Source: Cyanidioschyzon merolae (Eukaryota). From it: DNA of 64,000 nt. Location of the stretch: assembly GCA_000091205.1 (NCBI GenBank), contig AP006491.2, one strand, 5' to 3'. Positions 22,095 to 32,804 of the stretch are shown here, piece after piece; the first letter of the stretch is position 1; every line of letters begins with the position of its first letter. The position numbers and the translations under genes were made by a program. The notes below the pieces were generated by a model that was not told where the DNA came from, ran no database searches, and saw only the letters and a list, made by a program, of their open reading frames with translations.

Positions 22095-22200
22095 CTCTGA
22101 TGTAATGATCGTTTTTACGTTCTATCGTGCGCCGAGTACCTGCTTTTGAGCGCCTGATAGAACGCCTGTAGCGTCACGCATGGAGTAGCGGGAGCACCGA
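22095..22200 (-). repeat. Short fragment of the SINE-like repeat family
   Basis: gatcgtttttacgttctatcgtgcgccgagtacctgc..gagcgcctgatagaacgcc aligns to ggtcgtttcatacgttctatcgggtgcgcttagtacc of the 49335 copy. Confidence 0.45.
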
Positions 22201-22779
22201 CGCGTCCTGCATGCTATCCTGCGGAATCCTGGTGATGCAGCTCTGAAAAGCGGTATCTATGGCGGTCGCGCTGAAATATGTGCTTTCGACGGATTCGCTG
22301 CAACCGTTGAAGGTTCGGTTCCAGATGGTGTCGGTGTTCTGCGTGCTCGAGCGAGCAGGCTCTGGTGTATGATGCGGGCTGCCTGGTGCTTAGCGTCTGG
22401 ATGCAACGGATGCGCTTTCGCAAACAGTTCGTTATGTGCCGTTTGCGTTCGAAACTTGTTACCTTTCAGGAGCGAATGAAGCTTTCCACAGTACCCGTTT
22501 GAAAGGGTCTTTTAGAATGTAAAATCGGGGAATCTGAACAGAATACACGGGATTTGCGGTTGCTGTGCGCAAGCGAGGAAGAGCGCTTGATCAGCGCTGC
22601 TTCGTGGCATGTCGGGCTGGTCAGCATCGATTGTGCTCGTCCCAGCGAATCCAACCGCGCTTCTACACAGGATCACGCCCGGTCAGCGGCTCTGAATCGA
22701 ACTTTTTCTGTCGACTGCTCCGAGTCGCATGTCGTTTTCTGTTTCGCACATGCACATCAACCATGGTTTTCAGTGGATT

Positions 22780-23409
22780 TTAGCATAAACCATTATCTGA
22801 TCTGTAGCAGCGAAGTGCCCAGACTGCAGCCTCCAGGGACAAACCGAAGGCCACACCGACAGCCGCGCCTACCCAAGAGAGTGGCACTGCCCGCAAGCCA
22901 GTTGCACCGTCCACAACCTGTTCATGGATGAGATCCGTGAGCACAGCTCCGAGCCACCAGCCGAACGCGCCGAGGGCCAGACTGCCGAAAAGGAGCTGGC
23001 TAAGGAGGAGGGCGTCTCGGTTCCCGGAACCCGTGTGCAACGGGGCAGTCGCCTGTTTCCTCAGAGACTGCGTACACTGCTCATACTCGAGTCGTGCGAG
23101 GAACGCTCGGAACCTTTGCCGCGCTTCATCGTCAGCGCTTAACGAAGTGTCATCCTGCGGCAACTGCCAGCGCACGAGCGTGCTCTGAACGAGTTCACGC
23201 ACCGCATCCTGGGTGTATCCCGAACCGAGCGCGACGTCCAGCAGCTCTCTGTGCGATATCCAGCACTTCTCGAAGGTCGCTGTGTCGTCAAGCACTGAAC
23301 CAGGCCCGGAAATGACATCGCGCTGGCTGCGCCCCTGAGTCGCTGCTCTCAGAAAGGCGCGAACTTTGGGGTCTGTGGCGTCGAGCCACGGCATAGAGCC
23401 GACCAGCAA
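22780..23409 (-). CDS. Hypothetical protein with two C-terminal transmembrane helices. No recognisable domain.
   Basis: 209-aa ORF. The C-terminus LLFGSLALGAFGWWLGAVLT...WVGAAVGVAFGLSLEAAVWAL is hydrophobic. Divergently oriented to the guanylate kinase gene, 457 bp away. Confidence 0.35.
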   Translation of the reverse strand: MLVGSMPWLDATDPKVRAFLRAATQGRSQRDVISGPGSVLDDTATFEKCWISHRELLDVALGSGYTQDAVRELVQSTLVRWQLPQDDTSLSADDEARQRFRAFLARLEYEQCTQSLRKQATAPLHTGSGNRDALLLSQLLFGSLALGAFGWWLGAVLTDLIHEQVVDGATGLRAVPLSWVGAAVGVAFGLSLEAAVWALRCYRSDNGLC

Positions 23410-23866
23410 ACCTCTCCACGAACTGACGACGATTCGCTGCTCGTGTACTCCTGGCTCGCGCAGCCGGTGTCCGTGTCACGCTTCACAGGGCAGACACAAC
23501 GCAGTGTTCGTGTCCTACGGAACGGTAACGGTCGAGTCAGACGTCGCGTACGACAGCAGGCAGCGCGCAAGCTTGTCTGCTGAAGCAACACCACCGCTTA
23601 ACGCACACTAGTTCGACTCGAGTGACACGCTCGAGTACGTCTCTTTGTTGTGTGTGCGTACGCATCGAGGTTTCGTGAACGTTTATAGTGCATGTTTGCA
23701 GCACCGACACTCACGGCACCCGCTCGACCGTAGCATCTAGCCAACTCGCTACGTTGCACCAGTGTCGTGCGTCACGGAACGCCACGTTGCGGAGCGCACC
23801 TGGACCCTAACGACGACTGCTGCCTGCTCATCACCGTTGCTTTATTGGAAGCACACCAATAGTTTT

Positions 23867-24508
23867 ATGGGTGCAGCGGCAGCAGCGCCTCGTTGCCTTG
23901 TGCTTGCCGGCCCTTCGGGTGTCGGCAAGGGAACCGTGCTTGCGCGTCTCAGTCAAGTGCTCCCGGACGTCTTCGGCTTCTCCGTATCGCATACGACGCG
24001 GGCACCGCGTCCTGGTGAGTGCGACGGGCGCGAATATCACTTTGTCACGGAGGAGGAGTTTCAGCGAGCCCGCGCTGAAGGCCGCTTCCTCGAAACTGCA
24101 TCCGTGCATGGTCAGTGGTACGGAACGAGCTGGGAGGCCATTGAACGTGTACGTCGCACTGGACGAATCTGCGTACTGGACATTGATGTGCAGGGCGTGC
24201 GCAGCATCCGAGCTGCAAAGCTTCCAGCGCTCGTCGTTTTCTTGCGACCGCCGAGCATGGCGGAGCTGGAGCGACGTCTCCGTGGTCGCGGGACGGAGGA
24301 CGAGGCCAAAATCCAACGCCGCCTCGAGACTGCTGCCGAAGAGCTGCGGATAGCACATGAAGAACCCTCGCTCTTCGATGCTATTATCGAGAACCAGGAT
24401 CTCGAAGAGACCTGCGCACAGATACGAAAACTGCTTGACGAGGACGTGCAGGCGCTTCGCGGTGTGCGCGAGGCTGGAGCAGCATCCGCTGCACAGCGAA
24501 CGAGTTGA
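23867..24508 (+). CDS. GUK1: Guanylate kinase. The ORF extends upstream to 23762. The Met at 23867 precedes the P-loop.
   Basis: P-loop LVLAGPSGVGKGT. FSVSHTTRAPRPGECDGREYHFV. LDIDVQGVRSIR. The LID/NMP-binding arrangement is typical of GMP kinase. Confidence 0.9.
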   Translation: MGAAAAAPRCLVLAGPSGVGKGTVLARLSQVLPDVFGFSVSHTTRAPRPGECDGREYHFVTEEEFQRARAEGRFLETASVHGQWYGTSWEAIERVRRTGRICVLDIDVQGVRSIRAAKLPALVVFLRPPSMAELERRLRGRGTEDEAKIQRRLETAAEELRIAHEEPSLFDAIIENQDLEETCAQIRKLLDEDVQALRGVREAGAASAAQRTS

Positions 24509-25632
24509 AAGCATTAGTGTGTGCTATGCAGCTGGATCAGGTTTGAGCACTGAACTGGAATCTGGAAAGGCACCGTTGGAGCTGGTGTTGGATCATGAGT
24601 TCGCGTGGATGGAGCGGTAAGCGCAGACGCGTCCGGCGGTACGACAATGGGCCTTTGCACCTCATTTTCTGGATGCGAGCAGGGATCCCCTGGACTGTCG
24701 ATCGTGCAGTGGCATCAGAGAGCCTGCTGAGGCACTTGCTCTGGTCGCTTTGCTTTCATTTGTGCGCGCCAGGCCTATGCTATAGAGCTGGATGCACACG
24801 AACTCGTGCGTCATCGCGCAGGCTGATGACCTGAATCGACAGCGTGCTTATCACTTCGCTTATCATCGCGGGAGCGCATGGAATGCCTCTGGTTCAGTGC
24901 TCGATGGACCATACGGAGGCGTTGCGCTCGCCACGAGTGATTGCTCGCTTTCCTGTTATGGTGGCAACAGGATACCATGCTCTCAAACGACTGCATTAAG
25001 TAAGGGTGCTTTTTGGTATACGTGGTGTGATCCGGGAGCTGCAGGGCGCTGCGAACGCATGAGCGACAAGCGTTTGTGCTTTTTCATATAGGATAAGGAC
25101 GTACCGCTCGAATGGAGATTGCCCGAATACATCGACAATCTGATACTGACAGTACTTGTATTCGTCAAAGTCATTTATCTAGCGAACGACCTGGCGTTTT
25201 GAATAGAGCTTGACGGAATGCATAAACGAGCTGACACCTTTGGCATTCCATCTATTCGACTTCTCTTTACGACGAATAACAACGCATCCTTCAAAAAGGG
25301 ATTCCTCGAATGCGTAGACGAACTGATACCGTCCACCACTGCCAGATCCAATCTAACGCATACGAACCTACACCACGACGCGGAAACGCTGATTTACGCT
25401 ACAGAAAATGGCGGCCACACCTGCACCTTAACGCTGCACCAAACCAAGTCGCTTGGACAAACCCTATATCATAAGCGGATGAGGACGAGGCACCAGGCAC
25501 TGACGGAATCGGAAGCTTCCGCGTCCCCGAGCGCAGCGATACCCAGACTGGTCTGTTCACGGGCTCGCAAACAACACAGCCTGCTACTCGGACGTTACCC
25601 CATCGCTGGGCAACCCGCAGCACACCTGGCGT

Positions 25633-27429
25633 TCAGCGAATCGTGCCTCCTTGAATGGTGGCGGCTCGACACGGTCCTTTATCCGTCGTAAACGGAATGT
25701 CACCGTAACGAGCCTCACAAGACGGATCCGTGCTCGTGCGGAAATGTTCTGCAACTTTCTCGAATATTTTCTTCTTCGGATTCAGCTGCGCATCCGGCTG
25801 GTTATCGCGGTCTGCATCTGTACCGGGAAAGTAGACGCGGTCTCCGGGCTTGGCTCCAGGAGGCGGCTTGACGAGTTCCACTTGTGTCCCGTCGGCTGAG
25901 GTGGCGCAGAGCACCATCGCCTCGGAAACAATACCGCGCATTTTCACGGGTTTGAGGTTTGCCACCACGATACACGGCCCGAGTAGCTCTGCTGCATCGG
26001 GGATGTACTTGCGGAGGCCACTGCACACCGTAACGGGACCGCTGTCTCGACCAATATCGATTTCCTCGACATAGAGTGCGTCGGCATCGGGGTGCGGCTT
26101 TGCAGTGAGAATCTCCCCGACCCGAATATCGACGCGAGCGAGCGGAGACCGGTCCTCTTTTGTGGATGTGGGCGATGGACCAGCAGCTTTCGGTGGTGGT
26201 GCTTCAGGAGTCTTGGTTTTTGAGAGTTTCATTGCGGGAGCTGCGTTCTCCATAGACGCAGGAGGCGTCTCGTGATCGACTTGTTCAGAGCGCGTCTCTG
26301 TATCCTCTGAGGCAGCCTTTGTGGTCGACATGGTATCGGCGGCGTTTGCCTGCGCAGGTCGAGGCGATACGCTATTGTATTCCGAGTCGTTACCACTGGC
26401 ATCATCAGTGGCGCGCTTCCGCTCTCCAAGCGATGCCGTATCCGCCGCCTGTGCTTGTCCAGAACCGCCAGTCGCTGATGCCTGGCTACGGCGCTGCTTC
26501 GTGGTTGCCTTACCCCAAGCGCTTACTTGTTTTGCCCCATTTGCACTTTCGTTTGCGGTACCGATGCCGCCGCTGACGTCAACGGCATTGGCAACGGCCT
26601 CGAATGCTGCCTCTTCGTCGTCCACGTTGCTCACTGCTCGACTGCTAGCATCAGCTGATGCCTGGCGGCCCCGAGTGCCCTTGGTTTTGCGCCTCGTTCC
26701 TGAACCAGCACCCACACCTGCGCCGCTATCGCGCTCGCTGTCCTTCACCGCAGAGGTGATTCCCGCTGTGGCATCTGATGCTGCCTCGTCTGGGATGGAA
26801 CTAAACACGAGCCGTATTTCACCCGCATTCTGGTTGTCGCTGTCCGGAGACCACAGCTTATCGATCAGCGCCTCATCCTGCAAATCCAGGATCTCGTAGT
26901 CGAAGAGCGCGTGTGCCACCGGCGGAAGCACGATATGGAACGTCTCCTGGTCGCCGAATTCATGCACAGCGTGCTGTGTGAAATCAAACCAATCCCAGAG
27001 ATTCAGCATCTCCTCCGAATCGTACCTGGTTTCCGATGAACGATTCCACCGTGCAATTACCGGCCGAACGGCAAAGAGGGCGACGACGTCTGCAACGGTT
27101 AATTTGGTACCCATGAGGAAACGTTTCCTCTCCCGGTTTATCATGGACGGCAGGATCTCTTTGGCCAATCGTTCCGGATCCTCGCGCCGCAGCCTGTGCA
27201 GAAACTGTTGCACTGCTTGGCCGCGCTCCGTCACGTCAGACTTGCTTCCCCAGAGTTCAGAGTTCTCCGGGATAGCGCTTCTGCAGGTCTCAATGATCGC
27301 GTCGAGGTCAGTGTAGTCTGGTAGCGCAGTAACTTGGGAGCAGAGAGCGCGCCAGTGGGTGCGCGCTAGTGGCGGTACGCCATAGAAGGTCGTAATCGCG
27401 CCTGTATCGTACCGGTCCGTGAACATCAT
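25633..27429 (-). CDS. Arc1p/AIMP1(p43)-like tRNA-binding protein. It has an N-terminal GST-C-like domain, a long Ala/Ser/Asp-rich disordered linker and a C-terminal EMAP-II/Trbp111-type tRNA-binding domain. The ORF extends upstream to 27729.
   Basis: The C-terminus RVDIRVGEILTAKPHPDADALYVEEIDIG...VCSGL...ANLKPVKMRGIVSEAMVLCA is an OB-fold tRNA-binding domain. The N-terminus LMGTKLTVADVVALFAV is GST-C-like. No synthetase catalytic core is present. Confidence 0.8.
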   Translation of the reverse strand: MMFTDRYDTGAITTFYGVPPLARTHWRALCSQVTALPDYTDLDAIIETCRSAIPENSELWGSKSDVTERGQAVQQFLHRLRREDPERLAKEILPSMINRERKRFLMGTKLTVADVVALFAVRPVIARWNRSSETRYDSEEMLNLWDWFDFTQHAVHEFGDQETFHIVLPPVAHALFDYEILDLQDEALIDKLWSPDSDNQNAGEIRLVFSSIPDEAASDATAGITSAVKDSERDSGAGVGAGSGTRRKTKGTRGRQASADASSRAVSNVDDEEAAFEAVANAVDVSGGIGTANESANGAKQVSAWGKATTKQRRSQASATGGSGQAQAADTASLGERKRATDDASGNDSEYNSVSPRPAQANAADTMSTTKAASEDTETRSEQVDHETPPASMENAAPAMKLSKTKTPEAPPPKAAGPSPTSTKEDRSPLARVDIRVGEILTAKPHPDADALYVEEIDIGRDSGPVTVCSGLRKYIPDAAELLGPCIVVANLKPVKMRGIVSEAMVLCATSADGTQVELVKPPPGAKPGDRVYFPGTDADRDNQPDAQLNPKKKIFEKVAEHFRTSTDPSCEARYGDIPFTTDKGPCRAATIQGGTIR

Positions 27430-28575
27430 TCGAAGTCGCAAGCAGTCACCGGGATCTGTGTTAGAGTACCTCGCTTTATTGGCGTGTTTCCGTGCGCGCA
27501 CAGTAGTACCGGGGAGCCAGCATATCTGCAGACCAGCTGCGTTCACCCTGTGGTGTACGAACGCACTCGCACAACGCATCTTGAATCGGACGCGGGCAGA
27601 AGCAGTTGCAGAGGCAGGCGCTAGCGCCGCGCCCGACCGGGCCACAATGCAGCCGCGCCAGCTTACCTCGACACCAGTCCAGTGGCAGTATCCTAGCCCG
27701 TGGCAACCCCGGAATCGACCCGCTTCCATCCTGTGTACGTCCAGCCACGCAAATGGCTTTTTTGCTCGACGCTCGAATCGGTTTCACAAGTCGTCTGTGA
27801 ACGCTCACACACCAACGGGCAAGATTCGATGCTGCGTACGCGCTCGATCAGCGCCGGAGCGGCCACGCTGAAAGGCGTCGAGCGCCCAGCACGGCCAGCG
27901 ATCTTCCGAATAAGATGAGACATAACTTCCATATACGGACCGTACCTGTTGCGGGGCATCGCGAGGCCCGCAGCAATGCTCCCCCACTAGACCGACGTTG
28001 ACGAAGGGGATCACAAAAATGCACCACCCAAGAGGTTGTGGTGCAGAATCCAAGCACCCGTTTCATTTGATGGCTTGTCAGCGCGGAGAGTGCTGCTTTC
28101 CGGCGTGCACACGGGCCCGTGTTTCACCGCTGAGCCTCTAAACGATCCGCTCGCGCGCGCACACACATACACACCCCAGGGCTGGGAGCGTGCCGGCATT
28201 GCTGCATGCATGGGTGCATGCCTGTCAGTGCCGCTTTGGATGCACGCATGAAAGATTTTGGTGTTACATCGGAATTGCCGACTATAGCTACCGGGAGGAC
28301 GCTCCGGTGTGTGCTCCAGTCTAGCGGTATCTTGCGCTTTACCGCCAGTGTAACTAACCTGTTCTGTCTGGTTCGTCGCGAAGGTGCAAAACCAGTCATG
28401 AGAGCGAGCGAGCGAGCGCATTGGAAGCGACTCGGACACCGGCGCCGCACGCCCGTTTCACTTGCAGCCCATGCATCCTGCACCGAGGAACAGCGGCTGT
28501 CATCTCAGCAGCGAGCACCGTCTCGATCACGCAGCGCAGCCATGCATCGGTTGATGCGGCTTGTAACTCTGCCCA

Positions 28576-28630
28576 CATATACACACACACACACACAGAC
28601 ACAGACACAGACACAGACACAGACACACAG
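28576..28630. repeat. Compound (CA)n/(CAGACA)n microsatellite
   Basis: cacacacacacacagacacagacacagacacagacacagacacacag, seen directly. Confidence 0.95.
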
Positions 28631-29484
28631 ACCGATGTCAGAGCCATATGGAACAGTTGCTGTAACCTGCATCGGTCCTATGCACCAAAGCTTGAGCACC
28701 TGTTGACTGTCTACGACAACAGCTTTTGCGGGCGTTTAAGCGACGACTCCAATTCCTCTATCCAGTGTTCGGCTGTTAGATACGCAGATGTGTTCTGTCG
28801 TTCCAGCTCCATTGTCAGCAGTCGAGGGATGTTCAAATAAGCGTTCACGTCTGGATTTCGCTGCTTGCGGCCATGGTCGACGCAATCATGCGCAGACGGA
28901 TGTTGCGATCTACGTTTTGCATGCCATTTTCATCTTCTTTGTATAAAGCCTCGGTGCGCCTTTCACAATGGCGACGCCTAACTGTGGTCAGGTTTCTGTG
29001 CATCTCCAACACACCTCGTCCTCCAAAGTATGCTCGGCGACGCGTCAGCGCTTGTTTCATCGCTTAGTCCATGGCCCCTAATGGGCCCAGATGCCTCCCC
29101 TCTGATATCCTCCCCCATTTCCACTCCCAGCGCAGTACCCAACGATCATGTGCTTCTTCCGGGCGATCGCTTTGGGGATGACGCTGTCTGCTGCACGCGC
29201 ATGCGTATGCTGTCGCATCCGCTGGAGGATTTGAGGATCGCGATATTGTTTTTGATGAAAAAAAAACTGAAAAGACGAACCGGTCTTGCGAACGAGTCAA
29301 GAGACCTCGACCCCTATACGCTGCCCTCGTAGAAAGCGGTGCCGCACGCTCCACCGACAGCCATCCCTCTCATCATTGAATCCCAAGTCCAAGATCCTTT
29401 TCTATGCAAACAGAATATACTAAAGCCTCTCAGAGCATTTACGTGACAGGTATCATGGTCGTGCGGAATGCGCTTTCGTCCACG

Positions 29485-29590
29485 GCAGCATGGAGTGTGG
29501 GGTTTGTCTTTCGAATGGAACCCATTATATGACATGAGAAGCTCAGTGGACTTTTGGTATGAGCTTGTGAACAAGTCGTCAACGGAGAGC
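29485..29590. repeat. Short dispersed repeat, family 2 (second copy, see 1095-1190)
   Basis: ~85-bp alignment with 1095-1190, including cttttggta.ga.cttgtgaacaagtcgt. Confidence 0.6.
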
Positions 29591-29755
29591 ATATATGTCT
29601 ATCTTCGACAATCCAGTAGCTTGCAAAGCTGCCTTGAGGAAAGGCAAAACATGGAGGCCTATACCTGCGAGCTAAATAGGGGTATCGATTCGTTCACAAA
29701 GTCCTGTTCGAGAGCGTCGCGAATGAACTCGTTTCCGATGACGTAGGGAATTCAA

Positions 29756-30330
29756 GTTCCAAAGAGTCAGCGAACCGAATCCGAGAAGACCACCAAACAT
29801 CCTCGAACGACTTGCAGGTCAGGAAACCCTCATTGCCGGACTTGGAATGTCGAGGCCGCACGCTTAGAATGTGCCCTGGAAAGATGCTCAAGGCCAGGAG
29901 CAGTGCGATAAGTCCAGGGCAGCAACTTCAGGTAGAACAGGTTCACAAGTTCCAAAGAGTCAGCGAACCGCATCCGAGAAGACCACCAAACATCCTCAAA
30001 CGACTTGCAGGTCAGGAAACCCTCATTGCCGGACTTGGAATGTCGAGGCCGCACGCTTAGAATGTGCCCTGGAAAGATGCTCAAGGCCAGGAGCAGTGCG
30101 ATAAGTCCAGGGCAGCAACTTCAGGTAGAACAGGTTCACAAGTTCCAAAGAGTCAGCGAACCGAATCCGAGAAGACCACCAAACATCCTCGAACGACTTG
30201 CAGGTCAGGAAACCCTCATTGCCGGACTTGGAATGTCGAGGCCGCACGCTTAGAATGTGCCCTGGAAAGATGCTCAAGGCCAGGAGCAGTGCGATAAGTC
30301 CAGGGCAGCAACTTCATGTAGAACAGGTTC
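29756..30330. repeat. Tandem array, 193-bp unit x ~3, satellite-like and intergenic
   Basis: The unit gttccaaagagtcagcgaaccgaatccgagaagaccacc starts at 29756, 29949 and 30142, period exactly 193. Near-identical ORFs tile both strands (MQVRKPSLPDLECRGRTLRM.. x3) because the unit lacks stops. Confidence 0.9.
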
Positions 30331-30768
30331 AAATGTGTACAATGGAATCCCGCGTCGATCGCGGCGCTGGCGAGTGGCTTGTCGTTTTTTTCGAACATAG
30401 GGTTCGGTTCTCGCTGATCCCTCACGCCGTAGGCAGGCGTCTCGCGTTGCGCTGCTCGTTTCCAGGCCGCTGCTGAGCCACTTTCGGGGCACGGGCCGGT
30501 GCTATGTTTTTCAAGTCACCACGCGCACCGCTGGCTTCCGCTGTGCTTTTTCTAGGCTGGAACTTGGTGTTGTGTTTGTCGGCGGTCCCGGTGGCGCGCT
30601 TCGTCTACGAACTCCCTGTCTGGGACCTCCGGGCGGAGCGCTTAGTGGCCAGAGAAACGCGCGCTGCGCTGCTTGCGCAGCTCCAGGAGTCGGCAGCGAC
30701 GACTTCGCCGAGCTCTAGCAAGTAGCCGTGACGAGACTTGAAGCACAGGCGGCGGCCGCAACAGCTCC

Positions 30769-32667
30769 ATGCCGCCTGCTGACAACGACTCGCTCGCGGG
30801 TTTCCTGCGTCAGCGTGCCGCGATCGCTCGCGCTCGCGGTTCATCTAGAGAGGCGCAAATACTCGAGCGCTCCGCCAAGTCGCTTGAGTGCTTCCCGGTA
30901 GTTGTCGGAGACCTTCGCTCAGCCCGTCAAGTGCCCGGGGTTGGCGCGACGGCTCTGAGGCACTTGCGGGACTTGTCTGCGGAGTTCGCAGCAAGCGAAG
31001 AAGTGACGCGAAGCGCTGCGCCACCAACGGCTTGCTCGGGAGCGAGCAACACATTCCAGCAACCACAAAAGGCACTGCATGATGCTCTGCAACCCTGCAC
31101 ACGATCATCGAGCAGTACCAGCGATACCGTACATGGAAAGAATAGCTACTCGGATGCTCAGCGAGCAGAGCATTCAGCAAAGAAACATACACAAAGCGTT
31201 GATCTAAACACGCCGAGTGCCGCCACAGACAAGAGCTTGCGGCGCTATTGCCCACGCGTCGGCACTGCAGCTGCGGCACTGCTACTTGGCCTGTGGGATC
31301 TGGACGGAGGGCCAGCTACCAAGTCGGAAATCGTCAACGCAGCGCAACGCTATACCATGGTGCCGCTGGTGCGCCTTCATCGCGGCTGGAGGAATTACCA
31401 CCGGCGCGAGGCTGAGGATCACGCTTCGACGGCGCCTTTCACGTGGTATGACGGCTGGTCGTCTATGAACAGCGCCCTCATTCGACGAGGTTTGGTGGTG
31501 GTCAGCCAGTCAACGCGGCCCCGAAGCTATATGCTCACGGAGACCGGCGCTACGGTTGCGACATCCCTAATACAACGCAGGCCCGCAGTGGACGACGATA
31601 CGCAAACATCAGTGGATGATCCGGCTACGAGCCGAGTCGATGGCGCGGGAGCCGTTCCTCCGCTGGTAACGCTACGCGGTACCGCAGAGCAGCGAGTGCC
31701 GGGTCGCGATCCGCTTCGTGCTGCAACCGGCGTGCGCGAGCGCGTCCCTGCACAGTACCCAGCCTGCGGCACAGGGCATGCACACTGCCCAGCAGAGGTC
31801 CCGAGTCGGCTGCGGGTTCACCTAGTACTGGACTCGCGGGAGAAACCAGAATTCCAAGCGCTTCTGCGGCAACTGGGTATCGTGTTCTGGGTGCGTTCGT
31901 TACCAGCCGGTGACGCGCTCTGGGTTGCAAGCAAGGACGCATCCATGGAGCAGACGACCACTGCGACGCCAGGAACGACGCCTCCCGAACAAGCCCACGT
32001 GTGCCAGGTGCTCGTGGAGCGCAAACCCCTCCCTGATCTGGTTGCTTCTATTCGAGATCAGCGATATCGCCTGCAGAAAGCGCGGATGCGGACATCAGGT
32101 TTCAGACGCCTCGTGTACCTTATCGAGGGCACTGCTCGAGCGGAAAGCGCGGGTGCCACCGCTGAACACGAGCGATTATGGCGCACGATCGAGAAAGCAG
32201 CACTGCATACCAAAGTGCGAGACGGCTTTCATATCGTCCGGGTTCCGAATGCCGTCGTCACTGCCCACTGGTACCAGCAGATGACGCGACACCTTCAGCA
32301 GCGACTCGATGCTGGCGATGCATCAGTTTTGGTGAGGGCGTCCGCTTGTCCGGACGCTCCAGTAGCGCCGCTCACGCTGGACCAGTGGCGATACACCATG
32401 CAACAACGGGAACAAGTGGTCTCTCTGCAGGCGATGCTGTGTCGACAATTGCAGGCTTTACCCGGTATACGAGAGCGGATCGCGCAGGAGGTCCTCCGTT
32501 GCACAGGAGCGACCTGTGCGCACGAGCTTTACGACTGGTTCAAGCTGCATGCCCGGCACCAAGACGGGCCCGCGAAACTCGTCCAGGCATCCAGAAGCGA
32601 TGGTAACCGTGGGTCGCGTCCCGTGCCCGCGACAGTGGCAGCGCTACTCTGGCAGCTGTTCACGTGA
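30769..32667 (+). CDS. MUS81: MUS81-like structure-specific endonuclease (ERCC4/XPF nuclease family)
   Basis: N-terminal HhH-like region. ERCC4 nuclease core LVLDSREKPEF ... GDALWVASK ... VLVERKPLPDLVASIRDQRYRLQKARMRTSGFRRLVYLIEG with the ERK motif. C-terminal winged-helix-like region. Confidence 0.85.
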   Translation: MPPADNDSLAGFLRQRAAIARARGSSREAQILERSAKSLECFPVVVGDLRSARQVPGVGATALRHLRDLSAEFAASEEVTRSAAPPTACSGASNTFQQPQKALHDALQPCTRSSSSTSDTVHGKNSYSDAQRAEHSAKKHTQSVDLNTPSAATDKSLRRYCPRVGTAAAALLLGLWDLDGGPATKSEIVNAAQRYTMVPLVRLHRGWRNYHRREAEDHASTAPFTWYDGWSSMNSALIRRGLVVVSQSTRPRSYMLTETGATVATSLIQRRPAVDDDTQTSVDDPATSRVDGAGAVPPLVTLRGTAEQRVPGRDPLRAATGVRERVPAQYPACGTGHAHCPAEVPSRLRVHLVLDSREKPEFQALLRQLGIVFWVRSLPAGDALWVASKDASMEQTTTATPGTTPPEQAHVCQVLVERKPLPDLVASIRDQRYRLQKARMRTSGFRRLVYLIEGTARAESAGATAEHERLWRTIEKAALHTKVRDGFHIVRVPNAVVTAHWYQQMTRHLQQRLDAGDASVLVRASACPDAPVAPLTLDQWRYTMQQREQVVSLQAMLCRQLQALPGIRERIAQEVLRCTGATCAHELYDWFKLHARHQDGPAKLVQASRSDGNRGSRPVPATVAALLWQLFT

Positions 32668-32763
32668 GGCGCCCCATTTTCGTATTCGTACGCGATCGGA
32701 TGGTGCTGCTGTAAAAGTTTGATGCCCCGTTCCCATGGGCTACCTCCAAAATGACACATACGT

Positions 32764-32792
32764 ACACACACACACACACACAGAGACAGAGA
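32764..32792. repeat. (CA)n(GA)n microsatellite in the 137-bp spacer between convergent MUS81 and SNF7 stops
   Basis: cacacacacacacacacagagacagagag, seen directly. Confidence 0.9.
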
Positions 32793-32804
32793 GCGTACGC
32801 TCTT

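Noticed and set aside
29812-30476. Triplicated near-identical 82-92-aa ORFs on both strands
   Set aside because: They are produced by the 193-bp tandem repeat lacking stop codons. They are not independent genes.
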